Below, in pieces: positions 59,281 through 64,000 of a stretch of 64,000 nucleotides of DNA. Both the position numbers and the translations under genes were made by a program. The notes under the pieces were generated by a model. That model made no database searches. It was given only the letters and a program-made list of their open reading frames with translations, and was not told the origin of the DNA. Source of the stretch: Lingula anatina (lineage: Eukaryota > Animalia > Brachiopoda); the NCBI GenBank assembly GCA_051362555.1, contig CM120644.1, positions 18,498,534 to 18,562,533 on the forward strand, written 5' to 3'. Numbering within the stretch: the first letter of the stretch is position 1; each line of letters begins with the position of its first letter.

Positions 59281-60060
59281 ATGAGAAAAAAAGACTGAAG
59301 CCAGGAGCGATACCATCCATATTTCCATTTAATAATTCGCAAAGTATCAGATCCGATGAAGTGGAGGTAAATATAACGCATGATATAATAACAGATTTAT
59401 AAATAAAATGTTTCTTTTTATTTGTATAAGTATCTGTCTTAATACTTGAAATACTATAGAAGGACTAAAGGGGACAAGAGGCAGTCAGATCTGCGTCATT
59501 TCTGTCATCTACACAGATTTTATGTGTTAATTAACAATGAAGTATTTTTCTTTGTGTAATTCATAAACTTATGTATTTATTTTTTGTTGTATCCTATATA
59601 GGACGAGTCTCAAACAGATGAAGCAGTGGCAGACAAACATGAAGACTGCGCTGGTGAGAGCCAAAAAGAAAGTACAGCTTCCCAGTGTGATATCACTACA
59701 CCATCAGACACAAGAGGAAGCATCATGCTGTACCAGAAAAATGCAAAGGCTGTCCAGTATCAAACTGGATTTAATCATATTGAACATTTCATGTTGTTTT
59801 TCAATGGCCTTGGGCCAGCAGCTCACCACTTGAATTTTAAATGTTTGTCACCAGGGCCAATGTTTTTTGATCATTATGAAACTGAGACGAGCCTTTGACG
59901 ATTATTTAGCTCTCCGTTTCAAGCTATCGGTAACAACGGTGTCAGAAATAATAAGCACATGGATCAACTTTGTTTTTCCAGCTCAGTGAAATGAACACTT
60001 GGCCAGAACGTGACATTGTTGCCGACTATATGTCTGTAAATTTTAAGAAATATGGAGTCT
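59281..60060 (+). pseudogene. THAP + HTH transposase remnant (ISL2EU/Harbinger-group)
   Basis: RLKPGAIPSIF (THAP AVPTIF motif) at about 59293, then frameshifted YQTGF...QCFLIIMKLRR...LALRFKLSVTTVSEIISTWINF...WPERDIVADYM (HTH_Tnp_4-like). The DDE part is missing. Confidence 0.75.
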
Positions 60061-60406
60061 TGATTTCATGGTTAAACAACAGTGAGTGGCATAATTTGTC
60101 CTTGTCTTGTCTTTCGGTTGCGTTCAAAATATCACCAAACCTAAAAATGATAAAATTAAATTAGTGAGATAGGTTTTTTTTACTGTTCTTTTCAATTTGT
60201 ATTCCAAATGCAAAATGAAATTGTACATTCATAGCATTAAATGTTGACCTTCAAACCATGATATATCATCTCACAACTTGTATTTATGTATTATAATGCA
60301 ACTACAGGTAGGCCTATATATAGTAGCTCAAGGTAGGACACGATATTGATACAAGCCATTTGAACAAGTAAAAAACAAGCAAACTTATTTTCGTTTGCAC
60401 ACCTAC

Positions 60407-60992
60407 CTCGATGCTGTTATTCTCCATGATCTTTCTTCATGCCATACTCGACTTTTACTTTGGCCTCTAGTTCTGTTTTCAAGTTCTGACACTTCCTTCT
60501 CTGTGACCTACCAACATCAATGCAATTATGAGGGAGTGAAAAAAACAATGATGCTAACAAAACGATGCTAACATTCTTGGCAAACACCGTTTTGATTGTC
60601 TACCTCATCTACACTTAGTTATGTCAACTGTCATGGAGTGCCTACAATAAACATATTTTAAACATAAATCCCTTCATTATATTCTCGGAATATGGAAATA
60701 CGCAATGACAATATCGTTATCTTGAAATATAGTAATAAATTAGGCATATAAGTAGTGCGGAACTAGCCGCCGCTTACACCTGGCTTTTGACAGGGAGCTC
60801 ACACAGTAACCCATATTTTACGGGAAGATTCGAGCGCGAAACCTTCAATATTAATGATACAATTGACACATTTATAAGTAAATACACTAACCTTTCTACC
60901 AAATCCTGTTTCTTTCCTCTAGTGGAGGCTCCTCTTTCAACTAGTTGAAGTTTTAACTTCGCCACCGTTTGCTTCCCATACTCTAAAGCCAT
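60407..60992 (-). pseudogene. SAP + YqaJ/lambda-exonuclease-like second gene remnant of the ISL2EU-type element
   Basis: Exon 60992-60892 reads MALEYGKQTVAKLKLQLVERGASTRGKKQDLVER (SAP). Exon 60507-60407 reads VTEKEVSELENRTRGQSKSRVWHEERSWRITASR (YqaJ TxGQ...W...R..RITAS motif). Both have splice signals. Confidence 0.75.
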
Positions 60993-61085
60993 TTCTACAC
61001 GGACGCGAAAACGAGGCTATCTTCAATAACCACTATTACCCCAGCGCCCTCTTTAGGACAAACGGCTCCGCGTATAGCCCCATTA

Positions 61086-61298
61086 GACCCCATTCCCAGA
61101 GATTAGATCGATCCAAACTAGATCGACCTAACTCCCTGGGGGTTCACGCTAAATAGCTGTCAGCCGAGCGGGCACGAAAGTTAATTACCCCCTTACAGCT
61201 TGTAGTAGGCGGGACGGACATTTAAGCCGGATTATCTGACAGCAATCTAGTGAGACTCCCCACGGGATAGTTCGATCTAAATGTCTGGGAATACGCCC
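61086..61298. mobile_element. MITE family A (inverted) with TTA TSD
   Basis: tta|GACCCCATTCCCAGAG...CTGGGAATACGCCC|tta; near reverse complement of 20096-20310. Confidence 0.8.
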
Positions 61299-61994
61299 TT
61301 AAACTGTTTGAAAAGATAGTACAACCTACTGGCCCAAATATTTGGTTTATATGCATGCTAGTTATTTTCTGGTATTAATGTCAATTTTGTTTAAACAGTT
61401 TTGTCATTTTTGCTGATATATGCCCCCTCTTTATTTTTTAAGTTTATAGAATTTGTCATTTGCTTTTGTTCTATGTAGATCACGATACACAAAACCGCTG
61501 AAACAGAACTATGAGTGACAATGACCGAAATACGGAGGCACTTTGTTGGTATTTTTTTTTTTTGAAACTTTTCCCATTGCTTTGCCCAAAAATTATTGGT
61601 AGTACTTGTATATTGTAGATAAATTTATTTATCCTGGTATACTCAAAGTATGCAGTTTTTCTGTTACACAAATTTAATTTTGAAAGTTTATGGTTCACGC
61701 ACATTAACAGTGTAACACACTTCTTTTATATGGAATTGCATCTTGTTCATTATTTAGCCATTTTCGCAATAAAACGTTTCTTTATTATTGCTGTAAAATA
61801 GGGTCTGACAAAGTATATTTTCACGGCTATATGACTTAAAAGTTCATGTACAATACCGGTGATTAGAAATGTATTAACGTATGTTAAAGATTAACACATA
61901 GAATAAAGTACCCTTTGTCTGGAGAAAATGAAAAGCATGTAATTTATCACCTCTAGAGAATTATCTGGCATACGACGAAAAGCTGATTTAATTC

Positions 61995-62165
61995 TGCAAT
62001 ACACCTAGACATCTAGCTGCATCTAAAATAATCTTAGCTGTATGGTATGCTGGTACGATGAATAAAATTGCTGGTTTAATTTCAATTTTAAAACAATTAT
62101 CAGGAACACAAAAACGATTCAATATATCTGGGATACCCATTATCTGACTAAAAAGTAACGATCCT
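61995..62165 (+). mobile_element. Highly degraded LINE reverse-transcriptase fragment
   Basis: Broken frames read AIHLDI...AVWYAGTMNKI...LSGTQ...ISGIP, echoing LDxxKAFDxVWHxGLLxKL...LSxRxQ...SGVPQ. Confidence 0.35.
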
Positions 62166-64000
62166 ATGCATTTTAATTTGTATTTTATATTGTGGCGCCT
62201 GTTACATCTCATATATGATTCTAGATGCTTTGTGTTAAATAATAATTTTAAACAAAAGTTCCTTGCTTCTGGATGTCTTAATAGTTGTTTTAAGATCAAT
62301 TGAAATAAATTTGGCCCGCCAAAACGAAAAGAAAAAGGCCCAGTCACCTAAAAACATTCTCACCCAGCCTAGTAAAGACACCTGAGAGGCCAACTATATT
62401 CTATCCCCCCTCCCAACAAACAAACACACACACACACGAATGATCTAGTAACTTAATGTCAAAATCAATCTATTTTATTTATTTATGACGGTATTTTTTC
62501 ATTTTTGAAATACAACACTCCTTTTTTTAGATGCAGAACCGTTCTATTTTGTTTACTTAAATAAAATTTAACTTGCTCCACCCAACAGCAAGGCGAGGTC
62601 CCCAGGAGACTTCAATCCCCCCACTCCCACTCCCCGGCCTAGGATATTTTATGGTAGACAACGATCGGCGGCCACTCGCACGACGGGGAAAAAATCGTGA
62701 TATTCCGGACAAATTCCGCAGTGAAGGTTACCTGTGCACTGTAGACACTGGAGAGCGCGAGGAGAGGCTTCCGCGGTGAGGGTTATGGTGGCGGTAGGCA
62801 ATTATCACAGGTTGCCTCTCCCTCCCTCCGCTCCTGTTTCTCTTTGCAAGAACGATTCTGGCTTCTCAGAATCATTTTTGAAAAACGACACTAGTTTCTG
62901 GATGCCAGAATCGATTTTGAAAAACGACACTAGTTTCTGGTTGCCAGAATCGTTTTTAAAAAACGACATTAGTTTCTGGTTGCCAGGTTCGTTTTTGAAA
63001 AACGAAACTGGAAACTAGAAACTAGACACTAACTTCAGCGCCCTGATTCAGCTAGTCAAAATATTATTACAAGAGGGGACCAGAAATCGAAGGGGGTGGG
63101 GAGTTAGGACCCCCCCACCCCCACCCCTCTAAATCCGCCACTGTCCATATACCCGTAGGGAATATTTCGTCTGTAAGATAAAAATACCCCTACCCTTACC
63201 TGCCACTAGTGGGATGTACACATTCAACAAAACCAGCTCAATTTTCCAGAGCGTACTCACTTTTTGATCAGTTTCAATATGCTGAATACTTCAAAAGCCT
63301 CCGCTTCCGATTGTTTAAATTTTTTATGATACTTTACGGAAAGTCACGAAGCTCCGTGTGCTTTCAATAGACGTCACGTTTTCGTTATTAACGATTCATT
63401 TTTAATGCAGACCGCATATATCTATTTTCACGTCAACGGAGACCTGGGTTTTGTCTGTACTATGAAAACTTTAAAATATTATATATTGGGATATTACGCA
63501 TGAATAAGGGTTAAAATCAAAACCCATTTTGATCAGCCTCCAGTTTTTTTATTCGGTAGCATTATAACGTTGTGGCTTCGGAGTTTTTTCCGGTGCGAGG
63601 GAGGTTTTTCATCAGCATCTAGTACTTAAATGGATGTGGTAGCTAGATTTGGAATGTACGACTTCCCCCCCAAGAAGAAGGACAGGAGACATACAGTCCA
63701 ACCAGGTCAGTTTGCCGGCGAGAAACCTACACCGTAGGAAATTTCAGTAACCGAAGAAGAAAGAACACGAAAATACCAAGACCAAACAAAGCCGACGAAA
63801 ACATAAAAAAAAATATATATATATATATATATCAAGGTAGGTGTGTTTCAAATCTCCGCCTTATTTAATTTTGGCATGTTATCATTTTCAAAACTTTAAG
63901 ATAAACCGAAATATGCAGTGTATAGGCAATTTTCCCAAAATATTAAATATGATGTAATCTAAAAAAAATAAAAACAGTCGTAGTAAGTACCAAATACGAG

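Larger units (their letters stand above)
58009..63044. mobile_element. 5-kb foldback/Mutator-like TIR element with 9-bp (or 11-bp) TSD
   Basis: gattcagct|AGAGCGCTGAAGTTAGTGTCTAG...CTAGACACTAACTTCAGCGCCCT|gattcagct. TIRs of about 190 bp are built of roughly 33-35-bp repeats (tttttcaaaaacgattctggcatccagaaactagtgtcg). The empty-site homologue is visible at about 49170-49200. Confidence 0.85.

Noticed and set aside
63360-63840. CpG-rich promoter-like patch near the window end
   Set aside because: No supportable ORF or exon within the window.

Overview
AT-rich, intron-rich animal genomic DNA; marine invertebrate, possibly echinoderm-like (inference from sequence style only). All gene models were assembled by hand from GT-AG exons. 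From left to right: (1) the 3' end of a coiled-coil gene (+). (2) A complete 10-exon mitochondrial ATP synthase beta gene (-), whose introns hold two paralogous box C/D snoRNA candidates and a decaying duplicate of an exon/acceptor. (3) A 9-exon, highly divergent stand-alone Ser/Thr kinase (-) almost absent from the ORF track. (4) A divergent pair of near-identical tRNA-Ser genes (CGA, TGA). (5) An 11-exon secreted protein with a chitin-binding-like domain, 7 TSP1 repeats and a mucin WxxW domain (-). (6) A roughly 28-kb gene-poor stretch containing a 5.8-kb Academ-type transposon. (7) A neuropeptide/hormone-like precursor with two coding exons (+). (8) A 5-kb foldback/Mutator-like element carrying ISL2EU-type (THAP-HTH plus SAP-YqaJ) remnants. 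Many MITEs, two Helentron-type HINEs and LINE fragments are scattered throughout. Best novelty candidates are the intronic snoRNA pair (predicted 28S 5'-end target), the orphan peptide precursor, the orphan kinase and the CBM14-TSP1-WxxW protein.
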